From positions 224,001-288,000 of the forward strand of contig CAWEQH010000001.1 in the NCBI GenBank assembly GCA_963811165.1: DNA of 64,000 nt, given 5' to 3'. Origin of the DNA: an uncultured Nitrospiraceae bacterium. GTDB taxonomy: Bacteria; Nitrospirota; Thermodesulfovibrionia; Thermodesulfovibrionales; UBA6898. Shown here in pieces: positions 1-10,003 of this stretch. Numbering within the stretch: the first letter of the stretch is position 1; each line of letters opens with the position of its first letter. A program made the position numbers and the translations under genes. The notes under the pieces were generated by a model, which was not told where the DNA came from, did no database searches, and saw nothing but the letters and a program-made list of their open reading frames with translations.

Positions 1-233
1 ACTAATGTTGGAAATCATAGTCCGAAGCTGTAAGCACTTGAAAAAAGGCGATTTCTTTGATTTGGCTTAATATCCGCTGCAGCCTTCCTTTTTTTTTCGG
101 GCTTGGTCGCCTTTTTTTTGAAACAATTGCCCTCTTCAGGCTCGATGTATGCGGGGGAAGAGCTTGACTATGCCACCTATTGTGGACATTAAAGGCATAA
201 CGATATAATAAAGAGGATTTCATACGGAGGTGA

Positions 234-803
234 ATGAAGATGGTGAAGGCTTTCAAGATTCTCGGTTTTGCCGGCAGCCTGCGCAAAGGCTCTTACAATA
301 AAGCCCTGTTACGTGCAGCGTGGGAGCTCGTTCCGGAAGGGGTCGAACTTGAGATCTTCGACCTCGAGGGGATCCCTCCTTTTAACCAGGACCTGGAAAA
401 TGAGCCTGCGGAAAAGGTCAAGGAGTTCAAAGCAAAAATAAGGGCCGCAAACGCCATACTTATTGTGACGCCGGAGTACAATTATTCGATCCCCGGGGTA
501 CTGAAAAACGCCATTGACAGTGCCTCGAGGCCTTATGGAGACAATGTGTTTGAACATAAGCCGGTGGCTATTATGGGGGCCTCCATGGGCATGATGGGAA
601 CGGCAAGGGCCCAGTATCATCTGCGGCAGTGCTTTGTATTTTTGAGCTGTTTTGCCTTAAACCAGCCCGAGGTGATGGTCGCCCATGCACAGGAAAAGTT
701 TGATAAAGACGGCAAGTTGACCGATCAGAAAACGAGGGATTTGATCAGACAACTGCTCGATAGCCTCGTAGCGTGGACGGAAAGATTGACCCGTTCCACG
801 TAA
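234..803 (+). CDS. NADPH-dependent FMN reductase (ChrR/SsuE-like flavoprotein)
   Basis: GSLRKGSYN phosphate-binding loop, TPEYNYSIPGVLKNAID motif; SD GGAGGTG upstream. Confidence 0.92.
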   Translation: MKMVKAFKILGFAGSLRKGSYNKALLRAAWELVPEGVELEIFDLEGIPPFNQDLENEPAEKVKEFKAKIRAANAILIVTPEYNYSIPGVLKNAIDSASRPYGDNVFEHKPVAIMGASMGMMGTARAQYHLRQCFVFLSCFALNQPEVMVAHAQEKFDKDGKLTDQKTRDLIRQLLDSLVAWTERLTRST

Positions 804-836
804 AAGAGACGGACGGTCCCTCCTTATCGCACAGTT

Positions 837-2363
837 TCAAACTGCACTATCGCAATTATCCGTTCTCAAATCACGCTTAGCAAGCCCTTTTACCATTTTT
901 CTGAAATGGAACCCGTAGATTGAAAGCGTAATGGCGAGCGGGAAGAGTTTCGGCCGCCTAAACAGGGACCAGAAAAAGAGCTTCCAGTACTGGAAACGTT
1001 CTCTTCCCAAAATCCCGATGCGTATGATCGACTTTGGCAGGGCCATCACGTAGTTAAATCTCATGTGAAACACCCTGTTGTCGCCAGGGCTGTAGTTTTG
1101 AAGGAATGTCCTGACCCTTTTGTAGTACTGTTTCGGGGAATAAATGTTTTGCATGACCCTCTTATATCCCCCGACCAAGAGGTCGTACTCCATTGATGGG
1201 ACAAAGTTGATCGAAAAGTCCGTATTGTTGCCCGAGGTCCGCTCAAGAAGCCTGCCTTCTTTCGTAAGGCGGCTGTAAAGCTTTGTGCTTGGCAGCGCAT
1301 TGAGCATGCCCACCATTGCAGTCACTACCGAGGATTCCTGTATGAAAGAGATCATCCGGTCAAATATCTCCGGCGGGTCGTTGTCGAATCCCACGATAAA
1401 ACCTCCCTGGACCTCAAGGCCGAACTGCTGCATTTTCCGTATGCTGGCGATCATATCGCGGCCCTTATTTGCGCGCTTGCCGCATTCGTCGAGACTCCCC
1501 TCGTTTGGCGACTCGATACCGACGAAAACGGTGTCGAACCCGGCCTGTGCCATCAGACCCATCAGTTCTTCGTCGTCCGCAAGGTTGATGGAAGCCTCGG
1601 TGGTAAATGTAAAGGGGTAATTATTCCGGGTCATCCACCCTATCATCGCGGGCAGTATTTCATGTTTCAGCTTTGCCTTGTTGCCGATGAAGTTGTCGTC
1701 CACGATGAAGACGCAACCCTTCCAGTTGAGGGCATGGATATTGTCGAGTTCCGCAATAAGCTGATCCCTGGTCTTGGTCCTCGGCACACGCCCGAACAGG
1801 GAAGTGATGTTGCAAAACTCGCAATCGAATGGACAGCCCCGGGAGTATTGAATGTTCATGGCCCCGTAGTCTCCGGTCCTTACAAGCGCCCTCTTGGGGA
1901 CAGGAGATCTGCTGAGGTCGGCCCAGTTGGCGGTGGTATACATCCCCCCGGGCATTCCATTTTTCAGGTCACTCAGGAAGGCCGGAAGAGTTTCCTCAGC
2001 CTCGTTTAAAACGAAATGGTCTACCATGCCCGCATACTCTTCGTGCCCCGTGGTAAAGAGCGGCCCTCCTGCCACGACCTTTCGGCCGAGGGACTTGCAT
2101 CTCCGGAGGACATCCTTTACGGATTCGGCCTGGACGATCATTGCACTGATATATACATAATCGGCCCATAAGATATCTTTGTCTCTGAGTTTCCTGACGT
2201 TCATGTCGACAAGGTCCAACTCCCATTCCTCAGGGAGCATGGCGGCTATGGTAAGCAGACCCAGCGGGGGGAAACTTGCTTTCTTGGAGATAAAACTCAG
2301 GGCGTATTTGAAACTCCAAAAGGTGACCGGATACTCCGGATATACTAATAAGACTTTCATCAT
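837..2363 (-). CDS. B12-binding domain radical SAM protein (DUF4070-type C-terminus)
   Basis: N-terminal FPPLGLLTIAAMLP cobalamin-binding domain; CPFDCEFC CxxxCxxC motif; VDDNFIG. Confidence 0.9.
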   Translation of the reverse strand: MMKVLLVYPEYPVTFWSFKYALSFISKKASFPPLGLLTIAAMLPEEWELDLVDMNVRKLRDKDILWADYVYISAMIVQAESVKDVLRRCKSLGRKVVAGGPLFTTGHEEYAGMVDHFVLNEAEETLPAFLSDLKNGMPGGMYTTANWADLSRSPVPKRALVRTGDYGAMNIQYSRGCPFDCEFCNITSLFGRVPRTKTRDQLIAELDNIHALNWKGCVFIVDDNFIGNKAKLKHEILPAMIGWMTRNNYPFTFTTEASINLADDEELMGLMAQAGFDTVFVGIESPNEGSLDECGKRANKGRDMIASIRKMQQFGLEVQGGFIVGFDNDPPEIFDRMISFIQESSVVTAMVGMLNALPSTKLYSRLTKEGRLLERTSGNNTDFSINFVPSMEYDLLVGGYKRVMQNIYSPKQYYKRVRTFLQNYSPGDNRVFHMRFNYVMALPKSIIRIGILGRERFQYWKLFFWSLFRRPKLFPLAITLSIYGFHFRKMVKGLAKRDLRTDNCDSAV

Positions 2364-2384
2364 TCTCTCACATTCGTTGATAGC

Positions 2385-2413
2385 ATTTTACAATGGTTAT
2401 GCACTTTGCTCAA
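2385..2413 (-). promoter_or_regulatory. Sigma70-like promoter for the radical SAM gene
   Basis: Minus strand TTGAGC-N17-TAAAAT about 20 nt upstream of the start. Confidence 0.5.
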
Positions 2414-2415
2414 AC

Positions 2416-2490
2416 AAAAAAACCGCAAAGCCGAATACTCTGCGGTGTATATGCGACAAAATACTCCTGACTGCTTCTGAGTCTTAGTAT
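2416..2490 (-). ncRNA. Candidate ~75-nt small RNA (or attenuator leader)
   Basis: Upstream TTGACA-N17-GACAAT (2494-2522); 5' hairpin AUACU-AA-GACU-CAGAAGC-AGUC-AGG-AGUAU; 3' intrinsic terminator ACCGCAGAG/CTTTGCGGT followed by a U-run. Confidence 0.5.
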
Positions 2491-2698
2491 GGCATTGTCC
2501 TGATACAATTAGCAATTGTCAAAAACGATGGCCTCTCCACTATGAAAAGTATAATTGACCAAAAAAAAAGCGGGAAGGAAATGTACACTCTATTGTCCTC
2601 CTGTGCAAGCCAGGCAGCAAAACACCTGCGCTGAGATCATCGGTCGAACGCACGTGCCGAAGGGGAGAATAGTCGGACTTGGGGTCGCAGCAGGGCGA

Positions 2699-3814
2699 TC
2701 AGACTATGCTTACCCCGATGATATGGCCTACGAGGAAGCTCACCGCCGCCGCTGCAAATCCTATGAGCATCTGCCTTAAGCCTGAGTAGAAGACCGGCCT
2801 GCCCGTAAAAAGGGTGATCGAGGCGCCGATGAAGAAGAGACCGATTCCGCTTAAAACCGCACTCGCTGCAACAGCCAAGGGCCCTCTGAAAATGAGATAG
2901 GGGAGCAAAGGAACGAAGGCGCCGAAGGCGAAGAGCAGAAAAGAGGTAAAGGCCGCCTCCCTGGCCGAGCCGCCCAGGTCCCCGGGCGTAACGCCGAGTT
3001 CCTCGCGGGCAAGAGTCTCGACTGCGCTTTCCTTGTCGCCCATGATGCGGGTCGCAAAGGACCTGGCAGCCGCCTCATCGAGCCCTCGGGCCTGATAGAT
3101 CAGGACAAGCTCCTCGATCTCCTCTTCGGGGTCCGATTCTATCTCTGCCTCCTCGGTCCGGATCTGTTTTTCATAGAGCTCGCGGGAGCTCTGGACGGAT
3201 ATCCACTCTCCGAGTGCCATCGATATGCCGCCTGCGAAGAGACCAGCGACCCCTGTAAGGAGGATATTCTTTGAGGTCACTGCCGCGCCCGCCACGCCCA
3301 TGAGAAGACCGAAATTTGACAGAAGCCCGTCGCTGGCCCCGAGCACCGCGGCCCTCAGGGCATTTCCTCCGGCTGCGCGGTGGCGCCCCTCAATTTTCGC
3401 AAGCATGCCGCCCTCCATTCCTCCTTTGGTGGTGACCGCGAGGTGATTCAAAAGACGTGCGTGTGAGAGTTCCGTCGCTGCGATATCGCCGATTCCCCCC
3501 TGTCTTTGGTATGCATTAGAGCCGTTTCTCTCGATGGATGAAAGCGTCGGAAGGACAGCCTCCACCCCAAGTCGTGTGACGATCCAGCCGAGGATGTGTG
3601 TCTGCCATGAGGCCCTGAAATGAGGGGGAGAAATGCCGAGGTCCCGAAGCCTTGCTCCCCATATCTCAGCATGTCCCTCTTCCACAGTGGCCAACTTTTG
3701 ATAAATCTCCGAGAGCTTTTCATTCTTCTCGTTTTCCGCCATGAGCCTGTAAAGCTCGGCGCTGTTCATCTCGTCGCGCCAGTTTGCGAGGTACTGTTTA
3801 ATCTCCCTGTCCAT
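2699..3814 (-). CDS. VIT1/CCC1 family Fe/Mn transporter with N-terminal ferritin/rubrerythrin-like domain
   Basis: N-terminal E..EExH di-iron-like helices; LRAAVLGASDGLLSNFGL VIT1 motif; several TM segments. Confidence 0.9.
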   Translation of the reverse strand: MDREIKQYLANWRDEMNSAELYRLMAENEKNEKLSEIYQKLATVEEGHAEIWGARLRDLGISPPHFRASWQTHILGWIVTRLGVEAVLPTLSSIERNGSNAYQRQGGIGDIAATELSHARLLNHLAVTTKGGMEGGMLAKIEGRHRAAGGNALRAAVLGASDGLLSNFGLLMGVAGAAVTSKNILLTGVAGLFAGGISMALGEWISVQSSRELYEKQIRTEEAEIESDPEEEIEELVLIYQARGLDEAAARSFATRIMGDKESAVETLAREELGVTPGDLGGSAREAAFTSFLLFAFGAFVPLLPYLIFRGPLAVAASAVLSGIGLFFIGASITLFTGRPVFYSGLRQMLIGFAAAAVSFLVGHIIGVSIV

Positions 3815-4029
3815 TTTTTCTTTTATCCGCCTAGCCTTATTGTACCACCGCCTGAAAGAGGTCTCCCCGAGTCGTTCGATTCCTTCTCGTCTTGATCGGG
3901 ACCGGGCTATTACGGCCGTTTAGGATCCTTGTTGCCGAAAAAATCTTCAGAGGTTCTTACGGAAAGGAGGGCGGGGCAAAGAGCGGATAAGACGGCTTTC
4001 AGGTATGAGATTATATCCTCTTCACGCGA

Positions 4030-4251
4030 TCATTTGCCTTTACCGCTTCGATAGACCTCTATTGCTATTTCAGGGCACATCCGCGCGCACATGGCGCAGC
4101 CGGTGCATTTCTCGGTATGTACGGCAACAGCCGGAAAAAAACCGCTCTTATTGAACCTCTTCCTCATCGATATAACGCCTGCCGGGCATGTGTCGACGCA
4201 AAAGGCGCAGCCTTTGCAGAGCTCAGTATTGATCTTTATCTTCCCCTTCAT
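4030..4251 (-). CDS. 2x[4Fe-4S] ferredoxin (2-oxoacid:ferredoxin oxidoreductase delta-subunit type)
   Basis: CKGCAFCVDTCP and CTGCAMCARMCPEIAIEV; ATGA overlap with recN stop. Confidence 0.9.
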   Translation of the reverse strand: MKGKIKINTELCKGCAFCVDTCPAGVISMRKRFNKSGFFPAVAVHTEKCTGCAMCARMCPEIAIEVYRSGKGK

Positions 4252-5912
4252 TTTACCCTTTCAAGGAGTTCCACCGCATGTCTGCGCGAGATGTCCGTGA
4301 TTGTTCCGCTTAGCATGCGTGCGATTTCGTCCTGCCTTTCTTTGCCCGAGAGTTCCTTCACTTCGACATGCACCTTATCATTTTTCTCCTTCTTCTCTAT
4401 CTTAAGATGAAAATCACCCCGGCTTGCGATCTGCGGGAGGTGGGTGATGCAGAGGAGTTGACGCGCCCCCGAGATCAGGGTGAGCTTCTTTGCCACGCTC
4501 TCAGCCGTCTTTCCCCCGATCCCGGCGTCCACTTCGTCGAAGATCAATACCGGGATATCGTCGACGTCGGCAAGTATGCTCTTTAAGGCGAGCATTACCC
4601 GCGAGAGTTCTCCCCCGGATATAATCTTCGACAACGGTTTCATCGGCTCTCCCGGGTTTGCCGAGAAGAGAAATTCTATCTTGTCCAGCCCGTTGGGGCC
4701 GATCCTGCAGGTCCCTTCGTCATCAATTTCCTTTTTCATCCCCACCCTGAATTCGGCTTTTCCGAAGGCAAGTTCCTGAAGGGTTTCGCAGATGAGCTTC
4801 TCTATTTTCCGGGCTGTCTTTTTCCTCTTTTCAGAAAGGTCCGAGGCGGCCTGCAGCAGCTCTCCTTCCTTGGTCTTAAGCCCCGCTTCAACGGCTGAAA
4901 GATCTTCGTCGGCAGATTCGAGTTCCCGGAGCTCTTCCCGGGCCTTGTCCCTGTAGGTGAGAATGGCATCTATCCCGGCGCCGTACTTTTTTTCGAGTTT
5001 TTTGATGAGGTCGAGTCTGTCTTCGATATGCTCGAGCCGGCCCGGCTCGAAATCGAACCTGTCCCTGTATCTGCCCAGTGCGAGGGAGGCGTCTTCTATA
5101 AGGGGCATGGCAGATTCGATCAGCTGCAAGGTTTCAGCTATGCCGCTATCGATAGCAGACATCTCCCTTAAAAGAGAGACCACTTTCGAAAGCCTCTCAG
5201 AACAGGAGCCTTCGGATTCATACAAGGCTGCGTAGGCGACCTCTGTGAGCTCCGTCAATTTGTTCAGGTTTGCGAGTATCTTTCGTTCGTCCTCGATCGC
5301 CCCCTTCTCTCCTGACTTAAGGGAGGCAGATTCGATCTCCTGCATCTGGAACCTCAAAAGGTCGATCCTGTGCGCCCTCTCCTGCCCTTTATCCCTCAAT
5401 TGTGCATATCGCGCTTTCAATGTCTGCACTTCGTGATACAGTGTTCCCACCGCTTCCTTTTCAGAAAGAAGTTTTCCGTAAGAATCAAGGAGTGTCCGCT
5501 GGGTCTCCTGGGTGAGGAGGCTCTGGTGCTCGTGCTGGCTTAGGATGTCCACAAGGGACTTGCCCACGGCAGAAAGTGTCTGGAGCGTGACCATAGTATC
5601 ATTGATGTAGGCCCTGCTCTTTCCGCCTGATGAGACCACCCTTCGCAGCAGGAGGCCGTCCGAGGCGTCGATCCCAAGGTCCCGCAGGTCAGTGAAGTCA
5701 TCAAGATCGAAATAAGCCTGCACGGTTGCTTCGGCCTCTCCTGATTTGACCAGGTCTGCCTGGGCCCTGCCCCCGAGCGATAAACCCAGGGCATCAACTA
5801 CTATGGATTTCCCCGCCCCGGTCTCACCGGTGAGCACGTTCAGACCTTTGGCGAACCTCACGGTAAGGTCTTCGATGATAGCGAGGTTTCTTATCTTGAG
5901 TTCCTTCAGCAT
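4248..5912 (-). CDS. recN: DNA repair protein RecN
   Basis: LTGETGAGKS Walker A, coiled coil, SGGELSR signature, FDEVDAGIGG Walker B, ITHLPQIA. Confidence 0.97.
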   Translation of the reverse strand: MLKELKIRNLAIIEDLTVRFAKGLNVLTGETGAGKSIVVDALGLSLGGRAQADLVKSGEAEATVQAYFDLDDFTDLRDLGIDASDGLLLRRVVSSGGKSRAYINDTMVTLQTLSAVGKSLVDILSQHEHQSLLTQETQRTLLDSYGKLLSEKEAVGTLYHEVQTLKARYAQLRDKGQERAHRIDLLRFQMQEIESASLKSGEKGAIEDERKILANLNKLTELTEVAYAALYESEGSCSERLSKVVSLLREMSAIDSGIAETLQLIESAMPLIEDASLALGRYRDRFDFEPGRLEHIEDRLDLIKKLEKKYGAGIDAILTYRDKAREELRELESADEDLSAVEAGLKTKEGELLQAASDLSEKRKKTARKIEKLICETLQELAFGKAEFRVGMKKEIDDEGTCRIGPNGLDKIEFLFSANPGEPMKPLSKIISGGELSRVMLALKSILADVDDIPVLIFDEVDAGIGGKTAESVAKKLTLISGARQLLCITHLPQIASRGDFHLKIEKKEKNDKVHVEVKELSGKERQDEIARMLSGTITDISRRHAVELLERVK

Positions 5913-5992
5913 GGGTGCGGTCCCGTTGTCCCTATTAAATATACCATAAAAAAGGAAGAGAATGGGTTACGGAAGAACACCATCTTGTTTTG

Positions 5993-6016
5993 CGTTATTC
6001 CCTATGATATATTACG
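5993..6016. promoter_or_regulatory. ModE-box-like operator
   Basis: CGTTATTCC-CTATGA-TATATTACG fits the CGnTATATA-N6-TATATAnCG ModE pattern and lies 3 nt before the modE start. Confidence 0.7.
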
Positions 6017-6019
6017 AAG

Positions 6020-6400
6020 GTGAAGAGGAAAATTCATTCGGCCAAGGCCCAAAAGCCATCCCCCGGCCTCTATGGGCGAATATGGATAGACGGCGATGAA
6101 GGGACCTTTCTCGGATACGGACGCATCGTCTTGCTCGAACGGATCCGGGAACATGGATCTATCACGAAAGCGGCAAAATCAATGGCGATGTCGTATCGCC
6201 ATGCCTGGGAACTCGTGGACTCGATGAACAGGCAGTCGCCGAAGCCCCTGGTTGAAGCAGCCACCGGAGGAAGGGACGGCGGCGGAGCTTTCCTTACAAA
6301 AGAAGGGGAGAGGGCGATTGTCCTTTTCTGGGAGCTTTATGCGGACTTTCAAACATATCTCAAACTGCAGCAGAAAAAGACCCGCCTGCTCTGGCGATAG
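6020..6400 (+). CDS. modE: ModE-family regulator, winged-HTH domain only (no Mop/TOBE domain)
   Basis: GRIVLLERIREHGSITKAAKSMAMSYRHAWELVDSMN...TGGRDGGGAFLT. Confidence 0.92.
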   Translation: MKRKIHSAKAQKPSPGLYGRIWIDGDEGTFLGYGRIVLLERIREHGSITKAAKSMAMSYRHAWELVDSMNRQSPKPLVEAATGGRDGGGAFLTKEGERAIVLFWELYADFQTYLKLQQKKTRLLWR

Positions 6401-6428
6401 GCTGCGGAAGGAAAGGGGTGGATATATT

Positions 6429-7217
6429 ATGCCGAAAGTTAAGACGAGGCTTGTCATAGCCTCAACGACGAGCACGCAGAATTCGGGACTCTTTGACATT
6501 TTGATCCCGGAATATGAGAAATCCTCACGCTATAATGTGTCGGTTGAGGTCATTGCGGTGGGAACTGGAAAGGCATTGCGAATTGCAAAGAAGGGGGAGG
6601 CAGACGTACTTTTTGTCCATGATCCTTTCAGGGAGGAAAAGTTCCTGGCCGAGGGATACGGAGTGAACCGAAGATTGGTGATGCATAACGATTTTGTGAT
6701 TCTGGGGCCAAGAAGCGATCCGGCGCAGATCAAAGGGCTGAAGAGCGCAATTGACGCTTTTGAGTTGATTGCGGAAAAAGGGTCAGCCTTTGTTTCGCGG
6801 GGCGATGATTCCGGCACAAATGTGAAAGAGCTGGATATCTGGGACGACGCCGGGGTGACGCCGAAAGGCCGGGAGTGGTACCTTGAATCAGGCGCCAAAA
6901 TGGGAGACACTCTCCTCTTCGCAGACCAGAAAAAGGCTTATGTTCTTACTGACCGAGGCACATTCCTGAATTATGAGTCAAGGATTCGACTGAAAATTAT
7001 GGTTGAGAGCGATCCCCTTTTGAAGAACCAGTACAGTGTTATGGCGGTGAGTCCGGCAAAATTCCCCTCTGTCAGATATCGCGAAGCTATTGACTTTATT
7101 GCCTTCGTTACGTCGGCCGAGGGGCAGAAAATTATAGCATCATACATCAAGCATGGTGTTAATCTCTTTTATCCGGATGCGATTCCCGCGTCGGAGGGAA
7201 AAAAGAAAGGAAGATAG
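6429..7217 (+). CDS. tupA: TupA-like oxyanion-binding protein 1, no signal peptide
   Basis: ASTTSTQNSGL, AVGTGKAL, MHNDFVILGP, SRGDDSGT motifs; ATG 6429 after SD GGAAAGGGGTG. Confidence 0.85.
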   Translation: MPKVKTRLVIASTTSTQNSGLFDILIPEYEKSSRYNVSVEVIAVGTGKALRIAKKGEADVLFVHDPFREEKFLAEGYGVNRRLVMHNDFVILGPRSDPAQIKGLKSAIDAFELIAEKGSAFVSRGDDSGTNVKELDIWDDAGVTPKGREWYLESGAKMGDTLLFADQKKAYVLTDRGTFLNYESRIRLKIMVESDPLLKNQYSVMAVSPAKFPSVRYREAIDFIAFVTSAEGQKIIASYIKHGVNLFYPDAIPASEGKKKGR

Positions 7218-7218
7218 T

Positions 7219-8088
7219 ATGCGCATAACAAAAACCGCCGTCACACTTTTACTGGCCTCTTTTCTGGCAGCAATGTGTATCTGTAGCATACCGGCCTTCG
7301 CCGCCGACCCGGCAGAACAGCCGCGCAAGATAATGCTTGCCAGCACGATCGGTCCTATTGACGCCGGGATCGTTGGGGCTTTGGAAGATGCGTTCAAAAA
7401 GAAGACCGGGATCGCGATAGAACATACCGGAGCCGGGACCGGCCAGGCCTTGAAAATGGCAGAAACGGGGAAGTACGACCTTGTGCTGGTACATGCCCGG
7501 GCACTCGAAGAGAAATTTGTCTCCGAAGGATATGGCACGAAACGATACGACCTTATGTACAACGACTTTGTGATTTTAGGGCCGACAACTGATCCTGCAG
7601 GCATTCGGGGCGAAAAAAATGCGGCTGCTGCGCTTCGCAAGATCGCTCAAGCCCGGTCTTTTTTTGTGACCAGGGGCGACAAATCAGGGACCCACGTCAA
7701 GGAACTGGAGGTCTGGAAGAAGGCGGGGACAGAGCCTCAGGGGGTGTGGTATGACGTTTTTGAAGGAGGCGCAAAAGGGAACGCTCCTACATTGGCTTAC
7801 GCAAACGGAAAGCATGCGTACGCAATTATGGACAGGGCAACGTATATTACTATGAAACCGAAGATAACGCTGCAGATCTTTGTTGAGGGGGATGAAGTGC
7901 TCCTCAACTATATGACACTTATCCCGGTCAATCCCGCTAAGTTCCCGCAGGTCAACCATCAAGGCGCTCTTCAGTTCATAGAATGGCTGCAAGGGAAAGA
8001 AGCCCAGATCATTATCCGTGATTTCGGAAAGGACAAGTACGGCGAGCCGCTTTTCTTTCCCAATTCTCCGGAAGGAAAGAAACTATAA
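7219..8088 (+). CDS. TupA-like binding protein 2, divergent ligand motif
   Basis: Signal peptide ending AFA; ASTIGPIDAG replaces the TTTS-type motif; MYNDFVILGP and TRGDKSGTH retained. Confidence 0.85.
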   Translation: MRITKTAVTLLLASFLAAMCICSIPAFAADPAEQPRKIMLASTIGPIDAGIVGALEDAFKKKTGIAIEHTGAGTGQALKMAETGKYDLVLVHARALEEKFVSEGYGTKRYDLMYNDFVILGPTTDPAGIRGEKNAAAALRKIAQARSFFVTRGDKSGTHVKELEVWKKAGTEPQGVWYDVFEGGAKGNAPTLAYANGKHAYAIMDRATYITMKPKITLQIFVEGDEVLLNYMTLIPVNPAKFPQVNHQGALQFIEWLQGKEAQIIIRDFGKDKYGEPLFFPNSPEGKKL

Positions 8089-8112
8089 AATATTCATAAA
8101 GGAGGTTCTTAA

Positions 8113-8926
8113 ATGAAAAAGATCGTAATGTTACTGACTCTTCTTTTGACTTTGTCTGTCGCTTGGGAGTGCATTTGCGCAGAGTGAGATCATCTGCTCA
8201 TCGACCACAAGCACCGATAACTCGGGCTTGTTCGGCTATATCCTGCCTCTTTTTGAGAAGAAGACCGGGATAAAGGTAAAGGTCGTTGCACGCGGTACAG
8301 GTGCGGCAATCGAGATGGGCAAGCGAGGAGACGCCGATGTAGCTTTTGTGCATGCGAAGGAACAGGAGTTAAAAGCTGTTAAAGAGGGCTACTTTGTGAA
8401 CCGGCATGATGTGATGTATAACGATTTCGTTATCATAGGGCCCTCTGACGACCCCGCAAAGATAAAGGGCATAAAATCTGCCGCCGATGCATTCAAAAAA
8501 ATTGCGGCATCATCCCAATTCGTCTCCAGGGGTGATAACTCAGGCACAAACACAAAAGAGCTTGCCATCTGGAAAAAAGTAGGAGTAGAGCCGAAGGGAC
8601 AGAAATGGTATCTCGAAGTCGGCCAGGGGATGGAAAAGACGCAGCGGATCGCCAATGAAAAACGCGCATACACTCTTACGGATAGAGGTACGTGGCTTGC
8701 CACAAAGGACAAGGACAGACTCGAAATGGAAATAGTCCTCGAAGGCGATCCGATTCTTTTCAATCAGTACGGCGTTATGGCGGTAAATCCCCAAAAGTTT
8801 ACGCATGTGAAATACAAAGAGGCCATGGAGTTTGTGAACTGGCTCATTTCCAAGGAAGGGCAACAAGCGATCGCATCATTCAAGGACAAAAACGGAAACG
8901 CACTCTTCATTCCCAATGCACGGTGA
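8113..8926 (+). CDS. tupA: TupA-like binding protein 3 (one apparent 1-nt insertion near 8163)
   Basis: SD GGAGG and ATG 8113; removing one T at 8163-8164 gives MKKIVMLL...VAGSAFA/QSEIICSSTTSTDNSGL in frame with ORF 8228-8926. Confidence 0.85.
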
Positions 8927-9230
8927 CAGCCTGCCGATTCCCGGAGTGCAGAAGATCAGCAGGCTGATCGACGCCCTTAGAGACTACGCTTTGAAGGAGG
9001 CCGGGGCCTTCCCGGGAGAGTCCTGGGCGGCTTCCTACAGCCCTCCCGACCTTGCCTTATGGGATGCCTTCTCGTGGTTCGAACATGCCCGGGACTGGGA
9101 GGTTGCGGACTTCCTCCCCTCCGGCACCTATAGGGCGAAGGTATTGCTGAGTAGTCTGCAGTCATTAATGCAGTGGTACGGGCAGGCCGAAAGGGATGAT
9201 ATGCTCCGGCGCATGAGCAAAATAAACTGA
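8916..9230 (+). CDS. Hypothetical protein, 104 aa
   Basis: Co-oriented ORF overlapping the tupA3 stop and filling the gap before tupB; no recognisable motif. Confidence 0.35.
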   Translation: MHGDSLPIPGVQKISRLIDALRDYALKEAGAFPGESWAASYSPPDLALWDAFSWFEHARDWEVADFLPSGTYRAKVLLSSLQSLMQWYGQAERDDMLRRMSKIN

Positions 9231-9291
9231 AGGGACGTGGTTGGCCGCACCATGACCCTGCGGCCTTCTCATGTATCGATGGCACTTTGGC

Positions 9292-10003
9292 ATGTTTCTG
9301 ATTGATAGTTTTAGGACAGCGTTTTCGCTGATACTGCATCTGAACTCAGAGCTGACGGGGATTATTCTCCTTTCGATGAAGGTCTCGGGCTGGGCCCTGA
9401 TCATCGCGACGCTGCTCGGTCTTCCGCTTGCAGCCTTCCTCGGCTTCAAGAGGTTTCCGCTTAAAGGGATCTGCATCAGCGTCGCTTCATACATTCATGG
9501 GGCTGCCGCCTGTAGTGGTCGGTCTCTTTTTATATCTCCTGCTGTCAAGGAGCGGCCCCCTCGGCTTTCTTGCGCTGCTCTATACCCCCTCTGCAATGAT
9601 CATCGCACAAAGCATTCTCGCCCTGCCGATTGTGGCATCTCTTAGTTATTCCGCCATCGTCGGGGTCGACCCGATCATCACGCAGGCGGCGAGGACATTA
9701 GGGGCGACGCCGTATCAGGTCTCCGTGACTATCATCAGAGAGGCACGGTTCGGCATCATGTCGGGCGTTATCGCCGCCTTCGGCAGGGTGATGGCGGAGG
9801 TGGGATCGATACTTATTGTCGGCGGCAACATAGCGGGCTTTACGAGGGTCATGACGACAACCATAGCCCTCGAAACCGACAAGGGAAACTTTGATCTCGC
9901 CCTTGCCCTGGGCATAATTCTCCTGAGCATCTCAATGGTGATCAACTTTGCCTTGCATGCCGTTCAAAAGAAGGGCCTGAGAGGAGCGAACCGATGGCCC
10001 TGA
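9292..10003 (+). CDS. tupB: Tungstate ABC transporter permease (apparent 1-nt insertion at 9484)
   Basis: Joins ORF 9271-9645 N-part to 9428-10003; FMGLPPVVVGL, AFGRVMAEVGSILIVGGNIAGFTRVMTTTIALET. Confidence 0.9.

Noticed and set aside
3850..4030. CCTGAAAG/CTTTCAGG inverted repeat and a short frameshifted ORF after the ferredoxin
   Set aside because: An 8-bp match and about 40 codons are too weak to call.
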